Source: a virus
Strand: one strand, 5' to 3'
IMG/VR virus record: IMGVR_UViG_3300021077_000115
Location: 110,064 to 174,063 of that record
DNA length: 64,000 bases
Shown: positions 36,893 through 46,970 of the stretch, in pieces
Numbering within the stretch: the first letter of the stretch is position 1
How the letters are laid out: each line of letters starts with the position of its first letter
Translations under genes and position numbers: made by a program
Notes under the pieces: model-generated
The model's input: only the letters and a program-made list of their open reading frames with translations
Told to the model about the DNA's origin: nothing
The model's database searches: none

Positions 36893-37495
36893 ATGGAAAA
36901 CATAGATAGCCGGTGGGATCAACAAACTCTTGGGGATATAATAGGAGCTTTCAATCATATAGATGAGATAGGTGATAGCCAGTGGGAAGATAGATGTAGG
37001 AAGTGCGAGCAATTATTCACGTCCGGAGTTGCGACTCTGCGTATGATGAAGATTCTTCCAGTAATTAGCGATCTAATGGCTAATGTTTGGGATATTTACC
37101 ATTATCGACATGTTGTATTGGGAATGGGCCCAAATGTTCCAACTCTTTGCTTCGCAATCGTAGAGAAGAATAAAATGCTTCAGGCTCTAACTTTCGCTCC
37201 ATATGTTTGGCCCGAAATGATTGAAGCAGATTCTTCACATGAGCTTGGGTCTATTATAACCGTAGGATCTCAGGCAGTTGATTTCTATAACAACAAGATA
37301 CTATCATTTGATGATAGCAAAGTATCCAAAGAGAGATCTCTGTCATACGAAGCCGAGTTTATTCACATGTTGGCGCGTAATGGACATACTCTAAACGAAT
37401 ACCAGAAGGGTGTCCTTTCCAAGTATCCAAATGGATTTGATAGTTCTTTTGCCTATCCAAAGAAAGCTGTGGCTGTGCCCAGCAATGCAAGTTGA
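36893..37495 (+). CDS. hypothetical protein
   Basis: 200-aa ORF. Confidence 0.5.
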   Translation: MENIDSRWDQQTLGDIIGAFNHIDEIGDSQWEDRCRKCEQLFTSGVATLRMMKILPVISDLMANVWDIYHYRHVVLGMGPNVPTLCFAIVEKNKMLQALTFAPYVWPEMIEADSSHELGSIITVGSQAVDFYNNKILSFDDSKVSKERSLSYEAEFIHMLARNGHTLNEYQKGVLSKYPNGFDSSFAYPKKAVAVPSNAS

Positions 37496-37501
37496 GGAAA
37501 A

Positions 37502-37726
37502 ATGAAAGCTCTCTATATAATGGGTGTTCTGCTTGTGATTCTTTGTTGCATTGTGGCTGCAGTGAGGCTTGATCTTCGTTCGCAGTTTACCAAATGTCAG
37601 GAATCTGTTCTTGGACAAGAGTCAGTTGCTGGGCACTGTGGCTATCCGGCGCGTATTATGAGAATCAAAGGCGTTTGGGTTTGTAGCTGCCGAAGCGAAG
37701 AAGAGACTAAGAAAGGCATCGAATGA
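37502..37726 (+). CDS. small secreted/membrane protein
   Basis: Signal/TM helix; 5 Cys. Confidence 0.4.
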   Translation: MKALYIMGVLLVILCCIVAAVRLDLRSQFTKCQESVLGQESVAGHCGYPARIMRIKGVWVCSCRSEEETKKGIE

Positions 37727-38478
37727 AAAAGCTATTGATATGTGCTCTCATCTTTTGCGGATGTGATGATAGATCATCTGTCAAAAAAGTTCATATGGAA
37801 TCAACAAATACCATTCAGGCAGAAGACTTTGCCTTGAATGCCGTGGGCGGTCTGATCAAGGGAGGTATGGCAGACTCTGATGCGCTGCAGAATGAGATCA
37901 ACAAACCTGGCGATGACAATCCCTATACTCGCGTTGATATTGATGACGATGGCAAGCGGGACATTATCCTAATCAATGAGGTTGAGCCGCATTCGAAGTT
38001 CGAATTCATTGCTCATCCTGGTAATGATGTTCCTGATCAATCGATTGCAGTAGCCACATTCACAACTGGTGATGATGGTGGTATTCAATATCGCGCCAAC
38101 TACACAAGCTACGTGAATGGCTACGACAATCCAGATTATAGGTACTACGATAACTTCACACGTGATGTATTGTGGACGGCATGGTTGCTATCCCCCTCTC
38201 GGCCGTTGTACCTTGGTGTGCCTCGATACGGATACTATCGCTCCGTTCCGCGCCAGCAATTCATCATCAAGCAGACAACGGTATTTCGCACAACGAATAT
38301 CCGAGTAACTCCGCCGGCACCTCGAAGCGTGGCATTTAGCTCCTCCAGCTTCTCTTCGAAATCTACCCCACGGGCTCAAACGCAAACGCAATCTCGCTCT
38401 GTATCAACCCCACCATCGCGACCTGCACCAGTCTCTAGGCCTACGGTTAGCAGGTCGTATTCTTCTAAGCGGCGATGA
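37723..38478 (+). CDS. lipoprotein with C-terminal Ser/Pro/Thr-rich tail
   Basis: MKKLLICALIFCGC N-terminus; low-complexity C-terminus. Confidence 0.5.
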   Translation: MKKLLICALIFCGCDDRSSVKKVHMESTNTIQAEDFALNAVGGLIKGGMADSDALQNEINKPGDDNPYTRVDIDDDGKRDIILINEVEPHSKFEFIAHPGNDVPDQSIAVATFTTGDDGGIQYRANYTSYVNGYDNPDYRYYDNFTRDVLWTAWLLSPSRPLYLGVPRYGYYRSVPRQQFIIKQTTVFRTTNIRVTPPAPRSVAFSSSSFSSKSTPRAQTQTQSRSVSTPPSRPAPVSRPTVSRSYSSKRR

Positions 38479-38936
38479 AAAAGGTCACTCCCATCAGTAT
38501 AAATGGTATTTGCACTGGCTCTGAGAGAACAATTCCATTTGGAATGTTTGGAAGAATCGAGGCTAAGGCTACGCATGGGGGCGTGGGCCAGCGTGCAGTA
38601 TCATGGATAGCTAATGAAGAGACAGATGAGAATGGAAATACTACACACAGCATAACGGTTACTTTGTTCACTTTTAGAGGTAAAGGTCGTGGCAAGATTT
38701 TATCTGATGAAGTAACTTTAGTAGCACGCCGCAATACATATGATAAGTGCAACTCGGCAATGTTACAAATGTTGTATGAACGTAATATTGCTATAAGAAA
38801 CTCCGCAACACATGGGTTATTGGGCTGGCGCTTGGGATGTGGGTTGGTGCTGCTTTTCGACCTTTCAGTCTTTGCCTTTGATATGGCAATTGGATTTAGC
38901 ATTATCTGCTTTATATTTTGCGTAAATAGAAAATGA
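38475..38936 (+). CDS. hypothetical protein
   Basis: 153 aa; C-terminal TM helix. Confidence 0.45.
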   Translation: MKKVTPISINGICTGSERTIPFGMFGRIEAKATHGGVGQRAVSWIANEETDENGNTTHSITVTLFTFRGKGRGKILSDEVTLVARRNTYDKCNSAMLQMLYERNIAIRNSATHGLLGWRLGCGLVLLFDLSVFAFDMAIGFSIICFIFCVNRK

Positions 38937-39313
38937 CTATATTTGGACTTACTGGTGGGATAGCATGCGGCAAGAGTTCGGTAGCTGAAATCTTTCGTAA
39001 TGCCGGAGTTCCCATGGTGGGTGCCGATGAGGTTGCCCGTTCGCTGGTCTATCCTGGATCTCCTGTGCTGCAGGAGATTGTGCGGCACTTCGGGGCAGAC
39101 CTCTTGTTGGAAGATGGCAACTTGAATCGTCACAAGCTTGGGGCGTTGGTGTTCGGCGATCCTAAGAAGATGGATTTGTTGAATGACATCAATCGCAAGC
39201 CTGTTTTGGCGGCGATTGATTCTACCCTCAAGGAAGCTAATAAGACTGCTAGCTTGGTTGGGTACGATTGCGCACTGATCGTTGAGACGGGGCAGCAGGG
39301 AGCAGGTTATTGA
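38933..39313 (+). CDS. coaE: dephospho-CoA kinase-like P-loop protein (N-terminal ~60% only)
   Basis: MTIFGLTGGIACGKSS Walker A typical of CoaE; alignable with E. coli CoaE to about residue 125, then a stop, so lid and C-terminal part are absent. Confidence 0.5.
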   Translation: MTIFGLTGGIACGKSSVAEIFRNAGVPMVGADEVARSLVYPGSPVLQEIVRHFGADLLLEDGNLNRHKLGALVFGDPKKMDLLNDINRKPVLAAIDSTLKEANKTASLVGYDCALIVETGQQGAGY

Positions 39314-39457
39314 GGAATAATGCTCACTCGTAAACGTTATTTTATTAATAGATCTATGGGCTCTAAAAGATCGAGTTACCAAACTTGAATCTTTGATTGA
39401 AGAGCTTCGTAAGAAATAGAATTTCCCAGGTCGAGAGAGCTTGTGTGTGCGCCATAA

Positions 39458-40045
39458 TTGCGCATGGGCGATATAGTAACTGGAAACGGTTTGTGTTTAT
39501 TTTGGACATCATGGCCATCTAATTGGCAATCTTCACCGATGACAATTGATAGCGTTCGCTATAGTTGCGTTGAACAATACATGATGTCTATGAAGGCTAG
39601 GTTATTTGGGGATCTGTTTAATCTGAAAAGGATTATGTCAACCCAAATTCCCAAATTGCAAAAACAATACGGAAGAGAAGTAAAGGGATTCAATCCGGAG
39701 ATATGGGGTGATGTTGCATATGAAGTTGTTCTTCGTGCAACAGTAGAGAAATACAGGCAGAATCCTAAGCTTCTAATTCTCCTTCAAAAAGCTGGTGACT
39801 TGGAATTTGTTGAGGCAAGTCCTGAAGATGTAATTTGGGGAATTGGATTGGGGACTGGTGATCCTGACGCACTCGATAAGTCCAAGTGGCGCGGACAGAA
39901 TCTGCTTGGGAAAGCAATCACCGAAGCCAAGAAGCTGATCGAAGATCTGGAGGCTACCGGCGTAACGCCTGGTGGCGGCGTCAACAAGATCTGGCGGCCA
40001 GGAACAATTGGAAAGTTCCTGATTGGGCTTGAAGAGGCTGGGTGA
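39458..40045 (+). CDS. NADAR-domain protein (YbiA/DUF1768 family)
   Basis: FWTSWPSNWQSSPMTIDSVRYSCVEQYMMSMKARLFGD...EASPEDVIWGIGLG pattern of the NADAR fold. Confidence 0.6.
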   Translation: MRMGDIVTGNGLCLFWTSWPSNWQSSPMTIDSVRYSCVEQYMMSMKARLFGDLFNLKRIMSTQIPKLQKQYGREVKGFNPEIWGDVAYEVVLRATVEKYRQNPKLLILLQKAGDLEFVEASPEDVIWGIGLGTGDPDALDKSKWRGQNLLGKAITEAKKLIEDLEATGVTPGGGVNKIWRPGTIGKFLIGLEEAG

Positions 40046-40248
40046 TGACGCCGGAGCAAGCCGAAGAGCTGCGCACGAAAGCGGAGCGTGCTGTCCTGGC
40101 CTATTCGCGGGTTGACTGGGGAGGGTCGCACCATTCCCTTGAGCGAAGCCACAACGCATTCAAGGCGGCTATGCGAGATCTTGAGGCCTTTTCGAAGAAG
40201 ATAAAGGAACCAGAAAAAGATGTTGTGGTCCTTGATTTTGTGATATGA
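40042..40248 (+). CDS. hypothetical protein
   Basis: 68-aa ORF. Confidence 0.4.
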   Translation: MMTPEQAEELRTKAERAVLAYSRVDWGGSHHSLERSHNAFKAAMRDLEAFSKKIKEPEKDVVVLDFVI

Positions 40249-40374
40249 TTGACTCCTCGTCTGGTTTCCATTTCCCTTGAGTACCTCCTGGAAGCAATTT
40301 CAATTGGACCAAAGGGGAAATGAGGATCAGCCTGCCATCATCAGTCGCTAGGGAAGCCTTGCGAGATAACCGGC

Positions 40375-41058
40375 TTGAGCGGACCGTCAAAAGCGGTCCG
40401 TTCGCTTTTAAGTGTTGACGAATTTGGCGTGTTTAGGTACAGTGGCCTGTTCATTGCTATTTTATGGGTTTGTATGTCTGAATTATTACCTGGCAATGCT
40501 AAATTAGTAAAAATGGAATTTGCATTTATAGATGCGATAGTTCACATGTCGCAATCTTGGATGGACACATTCAAGAAGATAGCTTCTGATTGTGGTATTC
40601 CTTATTTGGAGAACCGTCAAGGTAGAAGTAAACACGGTCCTCCAATTATAGAGAAGTGGAAAGGCGGTTCAATTTCAAGACCCGGCGAACTCTTGCCGGG
40701 AGAAACTGAAAATTCACCATCTCACTGTTTTGATGTACCAAAAGCACTTGATAAACTAAAGGGGCAAAGATTAAGGGCGATGTATTTCCATGGTCCAAGT
40801 CTTTGCCTTGTATTGGTTACAGATTACGATTCAATTGGTATTCGATCAACAACGTTGAGAAGTGGCATTATCCCTTTGATGACTGAGCTTTATCAAAGGA
40901 AACGACTGAGGGATTCAATCTGTGTTCGCGCCTACGAGATCTGGCAAGAGAATGGATGTCCAGAAGGCGCAGATGAGCAGAATTGGATTGAAGCTGAGCA
41001 ACAGCTTGATCCACAACCAAGCTTTGATGAGTGGTGTATCAAAGAGAATTTGCAATGA
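40375..41058 (+). CDS. protein with C-terminal DUF2934-like motif
   Basis: C-terminus RAYEIWQENGCPEGADEQNWIEAEQQL. Confidence 0.45.
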   Translation: MSGPSKAVRSLLSVDEFGVFRYSGLFIAILWVCMSELLPGNAKLVKMEFAFIDAIVHMSQSWMDTFKKIASDCGIPYLENRQGRSKHGPPIIEKWKGGSISRPGELLPGETENSPSHCFDVPKALDKLKGQRLRAMYFHGPSLCLVLVTDYDSIGIRSTTLRSGIIPLMTELYQRKRLRDSICVRAYEIWQENGCPEGADEQNWIEAEQQLDPQPSFDEWCIKENLQ

Positions 41059-41405
41059 TCAAGTTTAAGATCCTAGACACTACTACCGGTCTGTATTCTG
41101 ATGGAGAATATACTCCAACTTGGAGTGACCGAGGAAAGAGCTGGGACTCTTGGAAGAATGTAATTTCTCATTTAAATAAGTATAGAATTCGTCTTAAGCG
41201 CGGTAATAAGATTCCTACTTCTTGGGCAGTAGTTGAACTAAAGGTAACACTAACTGAAATCAACCGCACTTCTGTTAAAGATTTGCCTGTAAAACCTGAA
41301 CTTCCTATAGCTCTACATGTAAGTGGAAAAGACATATGTCGAAAAAATCTAAAAAGGTCAAAATACAAATCTCAAAAGAAGACTGGAAAGCGATCAAAGG
41401 AATAA
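41055..41405 (+). CDS. hypothetical protein
   Basis: Starts at MIKFKILD with ATGA overlap. Confidence 0.45.
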   Translation: MIKFKILDTTTGLYSDGEYTPTWSDRGKSWDSWKNVISHLNKYRIRLKRGNKIPTSWAVVELKVTLTEINRTSVKDLPVKPELPIALHVSGKDICRKNLKRSKYKSQKKTGKRSKE

Positions 41406-41557
41406 CCAAGGCGCACAACCACTCCATCTTTGATTTTTTGGATTGGATTAATCCGCGCGAAGTAACTGCGATAATTTTGCACTTATCACTGAGTAAACTT
41501 ACTGTCAGCGATATTAGAGAAGAAATTAATAGCAAAATAAAAGTAGGTGTTTTGTAA
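41336..41557 (+). CDS. hypothetical protein
   Basis: 73-aa ORF. Confidence 0.4.
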   Translation: MSKKSKKVKIQISKEDWKAIKGITKAHNHSIFDFLDWINPREVTAIILHLSLSKLTVSDIREEINSKIKVGVL

Positions 41558-41559
41558 AT

Positions 41560-41828
41560 CATGAGAGCATTAGCGCTGTTTCTTTTGATTGGCATTGTTT
41601 CATGTACAGATGATTCTGGGACTCGAAAAGAGTTGCAGAAAAAAGGATACACCAATATTCAGATTGTTGGCCCCAGGAAGTCCGTTTGATTGCTGGGACG
41701 AAGATGATGTTGTTACTGAGTTCATCGCCGAAAGGGATAATGCCAAATGGACCGGGACAACTTGTTGTGATCTGTTTAGGTGTAGTGTAAACAAGGTTAA
41801 GCGGTTTGTGCCAAAGAAGGGCTTATGA
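41560..41828 (+). pseudogene. lipoprotein gene split over two frames (possible frameshift at A6 run)
   Basis: MRALALFLLIGIVSC...(stop 41688) and a +1 frame continuing ...LLAPGSPFDCWDEDDVV... to 41828; both frames span aaaaaa at 41638-41643. Confidence 0.3.
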
Positions 41829-42070
41829 ATTTTCTATTTAATTTCCTTTACAAATGTAAAACGTTTGTAATTCCCACTCTTCTGGTAATGATATTAACAA
41901 CTGTTATTTACGTCAAGTACGGATACAATACAGCATGGTGGTTTAGTAATCTTGGAATGTTTTTGGTTTGTGTTGGTAATGTAATATACATTATCGGTTG
42001 GTATACACAAGATTCCAAGTTACCTTGGGAGCGCAAATTGGTCAATTTGCTGACTTTCAAGAGATGGTAA
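41825..42070 (+). CDS. membrane protein
   Basis: 3 TM helices. Confidence 0.45.
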   Translation: MNFLFNFLYKCKTFVIPTLLVMILTTVIYVKYGYNTAWWFSNLGMFLVCVGNVIYIIGWYTQDSKLPWERKLVNLLTFKRW

Positions 42071-42189
42071 TAGTCAGATATTAAATTTGAACGAGAAATC
42101 AGATAACAACATAGAGAGCACCAGTTGCTGCTGTTGGATGGTTTCTCAATAAAGACGGTATCTTGTTTTGATACCGAAGGCAGATTTAT

Positions 42190-42465
42190 ATGAGAACGTT
42201 AAAGGAGATGATTGTTAACAATCAGAAGGTTAGGTTTTTGCATTACCAGGATAAGGAACTTTGGTATGTAACAGAGTGCGGCTTTGAATTTCCTGTTCCA
42301 ATAAGTGATACTGGTAGTGGCATCTTTTTACCTGAAGATAAGGCCATTGCATTTATGCGATGGATCCGAAAACACATCGCTCTCATAGAGAAGAGCAAGA
42401 CTCAAGCGAACAGTTTGGAGGCCGCGCCCGAGCGCGTTCAAACGACAGTCATCGGCAGTCAATGA
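42190..42465 (+). CDS. hypothetical protein
   Basis: 91-aa ORF. Confidence 0.45.
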   Translation: MRTLKEMIVNNQKVRFLHYQDKELWYVTECGFEFPVPISDTGSGIFLPEDKAIAFMRWIRKHIALIEKSKTQANSLEAAPERVQTTVIGSQ

Positions 42466-42963
42466 TTGACTCTGCTGGCTAATCTTGCTAGATTCTCATC
42501 AGGCCATGGTGACGCGGGAGAGCCGCGTACGGTGTTTTTTCGGGCCTGCTTGACCATTTAGCAGCCTGTTGTGTCACTTCATGAAACAGCCTAGCTAGTA
42601 GGCCGGTGAAATATCCGGCCTATTGACTTTAAGTTCAAAATAGTAATTGATGAGCACGGATCTGTAAGGCTTGTTGCGGCAGATATTCGTATTTCACGCA
42701 CCACATCAGAAGATGGCCAGTACAGAGTATATGATAATGTCGTTACCCTAACAGAACGTGGACAAGAGGATCATGATAAACTAGTCAAGGCTGGATTGGA
42801 GAAAATCCAAAATGGTTTTGACTGGAACGTTAATCTGCGAACAACCATGCTGTTTTTCTAGAAATAGATTCTTTCCAGTTCCTCGGGATCAGGTAAAAGA
42901 AACTGTTCCGGGTTACGCCGGAGACCCTCCTTAATAGTTGATATATTGTATTGAGGAGTTTTT

Positions 42964-43314
42964 ATGAATGATTCGAATTCTTCTTGGACATGTACGACTA
43001 CAGTAGCTTACGGCTGCCTTCCTTTTGATCGGCAATTTCCTGACTTTGTTCCTCCATGGTATCCAAATCTGGAACCAAATCCTTTTCTACCAAATCCACT
43101 TGATCCTAATCCATATGATCCGAATCGCGTAGTAATTGGCCCATATACATGGCCTCCCAAAACTACCGAGCAGATAATTTTCGAACTCGAACAACGATGT
43201 GCAATGTTTGAGAGGCGCTTGGCAGCCTTGGAAGCACATGGCCGGCCTGAGGTAAGCGGGCCAACTGAGTTGAGTGTCGAAGACAAGCCGTACGAGCCGG
43301 CGCGTCTACCATGA
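42964..43314 (+). CDS. hypothetical protein (Pro-rich repeats PNLEPNPFLPNPLDPNPYDPN)
   Basis: 116-aa ORF. Confidence 0.45.
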   Translation: MNDSNSSWTCTTTVAYGCLPFDRQFPDFVPPWYPNLEPNPFLPNPLDPNPYDPNRVVIGPYTWPPKTTEQIIFELEQRCAMFERRLAALEAHGRPEVSGPTELSVEDKPYEPARLP

Positions 43315-43456
43315 GAAGCCATGATGATGGATTGGAATTTCTCCGGGTATGGATAGATGGACACTTTGATAATCTTGAACTTGATTCTCCAACACTTTCC
43401 AAGATCAAGCAAATGATAGATGTTATTGGAACTAAGATGAGAAGGCGCAAAGCAAA

Positions 43457-43741
43457 ATGAAGAAACATCCAGTACAAGCGCTTCTAGAATCAGAAGGCAT
43501 CAGAACATTCTCATACAACAAGTCTGGTGATAAATGCTTAGGTGCATATTGTACGTTAGGAGGTTTGTTAAGAGCGGTTAGTGCGGCTTCATCAAATTTC
43601 AAAAATAGTGATTCTGATCTGAGTTTGTTTATAACAGAAATATCTGGGGCAACAACAAACTCAGGAAGATTATTCTATTGGCCCAATGTAAGGTTTACTG
43701 AACCAGAAGTGGTAGTAATGTCAAATGCACTTACTACATAA
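43457..43741 (+). CDS. hypothetical protein
   Basis: 94-aa ORF. Confidence 0.4.
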   Translation: MKKHPVQALLESEGIRTFSYNKSGDKCLGAYCTLGGLLRAVSAASSNFKNSDSDLSLFITEISGATTNSGRLFYWPNVRFTEPEVVVMSNALTT

Positions 43742-44393
43742 TCCAAGATCTGCCAAAATAAGACTGCTTATAGCGATAGCATTATCCATCACAGCTTACT
43801 TCATAACCCCAAATATGAAGAGCGATATTCTGCGAGCATTGATCGCTTGGAATGTTGGTACTTGGTCAGAAATCATAATGACCTGGACCATTATTCTAAC
43901 GTCTAATTCTAGGACTACAAAGGTTCGAGCAGCCGGCAATGACCCTGGGCGGTTCTTCGTTCATCTGATCGTATTGTTGTCGGCAGCAATCTCGTTGCTA
44001 GCTTCGATTGTTTTGATGCGTGAACATGAAGCCAAAGCTGCGCACCAGATTTTGTGGTGGATTGTTTGCTTGGCCGGAGTTGGTGGTTCTTGGATTTTGA
44101 ATCATACTAGCTGGACATTACGCTACGCTCGGATGTATTATCGCCGGACACGCCGAAATGGCGAGGAGCGTATCGTTGGCGGTCTGGCATTTCCAGGCGA
44201 TCAAGAACCAGACGATTTAGATTTCGCGTATTTCGCATTCACAATTGGCTCTTGTTTCCAAACTTCTGACATTGCTATTACCAGCAGATCAATTAGACGA
44301 GTTGCTCTAATTCACGCAATACAATCATTCGCATACAACACAACGGTAATAGCATTTATGTTGAATGCAATATTCAGTTTGATGAGTGGATAA
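43725..44393 (+). CDS. integral membrane protein (DUF1345-like)
   Basis: 5-6 TM helices; LDFAYFAFTIGSCFQTSDI motif. Confidence 0.45.
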   Translation: MHLLHNPRSAKIRLLIAIALSITAYFITPNMKSDILRALIAWNVGTWSEIIMTWTIILTSNSRTTKVRAAGNDPGRFFVHLIVLLSAAISLLASIVLMREHEAKAAHQILWWIVCLAGVGGSWILNHTSWTLRYARMYYRRTRRNGEERIVGGLAFPGDQEPDDLDFAYFAFTIGSCFQTSDIAITSRSIRRVALIHAIQSFAYNTTVIAFMLNAIFSLMSG

Positions 44394-45348
44394 TATGGAT
44401 ATTTCATTACTAAAAAGTGTTACTAAGATTTGCGTTCATGATAATTGCCCAGATGGAACTGCATCTGCAATAATCTTGAAGGAAGCGCTAAACCTAGATC
44501 CAGAACAGATTGTGTTTGCCCAATACCAAAGCTCTGAGTACAAGGAGATGAAGGCGGAAGCAGGACTTCTGTTCTGCGATTGCACTCCGCCATTCGATCG
44601 CATTCAAGAGTTCGTGGATGCCGGAACTATTGTGCTCGATCACCACAAGGAAGCGCGTGATATTGTGGCCGCTTTCGGAGAGCGTGGAGTCTTTGCTGAC
44701 AAGAAAACTGAACCAACGGTCAGCGGCGCAGGCCTGGCGTATCGTGAAGCGTGGCAGCCAATGCTTGGTAAGCTGACTTGTTTTTCTCGTTCATTTGCCG
44801 AAGAGTTCTCATTGCTAGCTGGGGTTAGAGATAATTGGCAACTGGAAAATCCCTTGTGGAAAAAAGCCCGTGAACATGCAGCCATCCTAATGTTCTTTTC
44901 AAATGAAATGTGGAAGGGTATTTGGCTGTCTCAGTTGGCGTCTCAATGGGATGATAAATATGGTTGGCTTGGAAAGATCTTGGTAGATAAAGATAATGAG
45001 AGAGCCGCTAGTATCGCAGAGAAGCGATGGACTTATCGAACAGATAGCGGGCTTGTCATTGCAATTGTCCCAAGCAGATTCATTTCTGATGTGTCCGATC
45101 GTCTAGAAGATGAATGTGAATTAGTGATTGGGTTCTCTTACACAAAGAACGATCCTGGTTGCTATCCTGGATTGCTGTTGTCATTGAGAAGTTTCGGCAA
45201 CTCATTTGATTGTGGTAAATTCTGCAAGTCCTATGGCGGAGGTGGACACTTGAATGCCGCTGGCTGTAAGCTTGAAACTACTGATACAACTTTGAATCCG
45301 TACAAATTACTGTGCGAGAAATTTGATGAATACCTATCCAAAGGATAA
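44386..45348 (+). CDS. DHH-DHHA1 family phosphoesterase (NrnA/RecJ-like)
   Basis: N-terminal VHDNCPDGTASAIIL...VLDHH; C-terminal SYGGGGHLNAAGCKL DHHA1 GGGH motif. Confidence 0.7.
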   Translation: MDNMDISLLKSVTKICVHDNCPDGTASAIILKEALNLDPEQIVFAQYQSSEYKEMKAEAGLLFCDCTPPFDRIQEFVDAGTIVLDHHKEARDIVAAFGERGVFADKKTEPTVSGAGLAYREAWQPMLGKLTCFSRSFAEEFSLLAGVRDNWQLENPLWKKAREHAAILMFFSNEMWKGIWLSQLASQWDDKYGWLGKILVDKDNERAASIAEKRWTYRTDSGLVIAIVPSRFISDVSDRLEDECELVIGFSYTKNDPGCYPGLLLSLRSFGNSFDCGKFCKSYGGGGHLNAAGCKLETTDTTLNPYKLLCEKFDEYLSKG

Positions 45349-45493
45349 TAATAAACTGGAGATTGATCCAGATCTTGAATTAGATCCTGAAGCACTGGGT
45401 GAGGACGAAGATCTAGATGAGAATGAATTGGTAACTCCATCTGGATCTTAGGTAATAAGAAGAATAGAAATTTTTGGTAATTGGAGAATTAAT

Positions 45494-45718
45494 ATGACTA
45501 CAGAAAAAAAGTATGACAAACCATTATTGACACTAAACTGTGCTGATCATAAGTGGATAGTCCACGAGGGTCATTGGGTATCAGATAATGGAGAAATGAT
45601 ACTGATGACTGATGGAAATCCATCTCGTCAGATAGTTGGAAGTGGTAGAGTTGTGTTTGCTGTGCATTTGCTAGATATGTATCTAGCTATGGAAAAAGAG
45701 CTAAGAGCGCTAAAATGA
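45494..45718 (+). CDS. hypothetical protein
   Basis: 74-aa ORF. Confidence 0.4.
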   Translation: MTTEKKYDKPLLTLNCADHKWIVHEGHWVSDNGEMILMTDGNPSRQIVGSGRVVFAVHLLDMYLAMEKELRALK

Positions 45719-46626
45719 TTACTCGCGATGGAAAGCTTGAGATTTTTGAAAACTTCATTGTAGATGCTAGTCTACCAAAACATTTTGGAAAGAAACGCTC
45801 AGAGCTTTCCAAAATGGTAAATGCTTGGGTTGATTATCACAGAGATAGCGACAGCGAGTCCAAGAATGATGGTGATGTTGGGTTTATCCAGGCATGGAGA
45901 GAACCCGAAGAAATGGATATTCCTGGTCTTGTTAAGACCGAAGGTGACGGATTTATAATTGGGAATAGAAAATATCGCAATAAGAAGGTTTGGTCTTTCT
46001 TATTATTCCCGATATTATGGATGGTTGGATTATTCAGAAAAAAGAAGATGGCAAAGATTGAAGCAGCAAGAATGTCCGTAAAGGACTTCTTCGCCTCAAT
46101 AAAAAACTCTGCCAGAGAGCTTGAGATTGTTGCCGAGCGCGCTGCCGGATACGAGAAAGCCTTGATCAACGCCACCAAAGCCGGACAGGTTGCCCTTAAG
46201 GAGCGTCTGTTGAGTGGCTTGGATGCGCACCGCTCTGAGACCCAACTATTTGCTTCAGATCATAAGAAATACGTCACTGAAGAAGATGTGGTGAAATTTG
46301 TCAAGCAAGCCAAACGTGGATTGCGGCTTGATTGGATTAAGAACTTTACTAGAATTATTCCTAATGAAGTAATTTTTACCAAAGTAAGTCTTGATGAATT
46401 GACTGTGTTTGATAACTACGTTGTCATGCACTACGATCCAAACAAGAATTCTTGGGCGGAAACTCAAGAGGAAGCAAATAGGAGAAGAGACCCTATATTG
46501 TTTGGTGTAATTCTTGGTAGTAGAAAACTGTATTTCGTTGGTGATTGGGTTGATGATCTATGCGACCTGACACTTGAGCAGATAGCCGCTGAGCTTGGGC
46601 AGCAAGCCATAAAGGAAATTGTATAA
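45715..46626 (+). CDS. hypothetical protein
   Basis: 303 aa; internal TM segment. Confidence 0.5.
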   Translation: MITRDGKLEIFENFIVDASLPKHFGKKRSELSKMVNAWVDYHRDSDSESKNDGDVGFIQAWREPEEMDIPGLVKTEGDGFIIGNRKYRNKKVWSFLLFPILWMVGLFRKKKMAKIEAARMSVKDFFASIKNSARELEIVAERAAGYEKALINATKAGQVALKERLLSGLDAHRSETQLFASDHKKYVTEEDVVKFVKQAKRGLRLDWIKNFTRIIPNEVIFTKVSLDELTVFDNYVVMHYDPNKNSWAETQEEANRRRDPILFGVILGSRKLYFVGDWVDDLCDLTLEQIAAELGQQAIKEIV

Positions 46627-46958
46627 TGAAAACTAGGGAGCTTGATGATTGTGTCTCTGGTTTAGTGCCAGCCTTAATGGATCATCTTACTGATGACAAA
46701 CTTAGCGATCGAGACACTCATTTATTAAGAAGGCTATCTGATAAAATTCACGAAGTCCTTGGCGATGATTGTGGGGAGGATAGCGAAACCGAAAATGAAG
46801 ATAGCGGAGACGAACAGGAAGAAAAGTTTTCTATCAGGAGCGGTTGTCATGTATTGACGAGAGAACTTCAAAGACACAGTGGGGAACTTACTTCTTACGA
46901 AAGAACCTGTCTTCTTGAATTAATCGAATCTGCAGCAAAAGTAATGAGATTTTACTGA
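46626..46958 (+). CDS. acidic small protein
   Basis: 110 aa; DSETENEDSGDEQEE acidic run. Confidence 0.45.
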   Translation: MKTRELDDCVSGLVPALMDHLTDDKLSDRDTHLLRRLSDKIHEVLGDDCGEDSETENEDSGDEQEEKFSIRSGCHVLTRELQRHSGELTSYERTCLLELIESAAKVMRFY

Positions 46959-46970
46959 AAGGAAGCCAAA

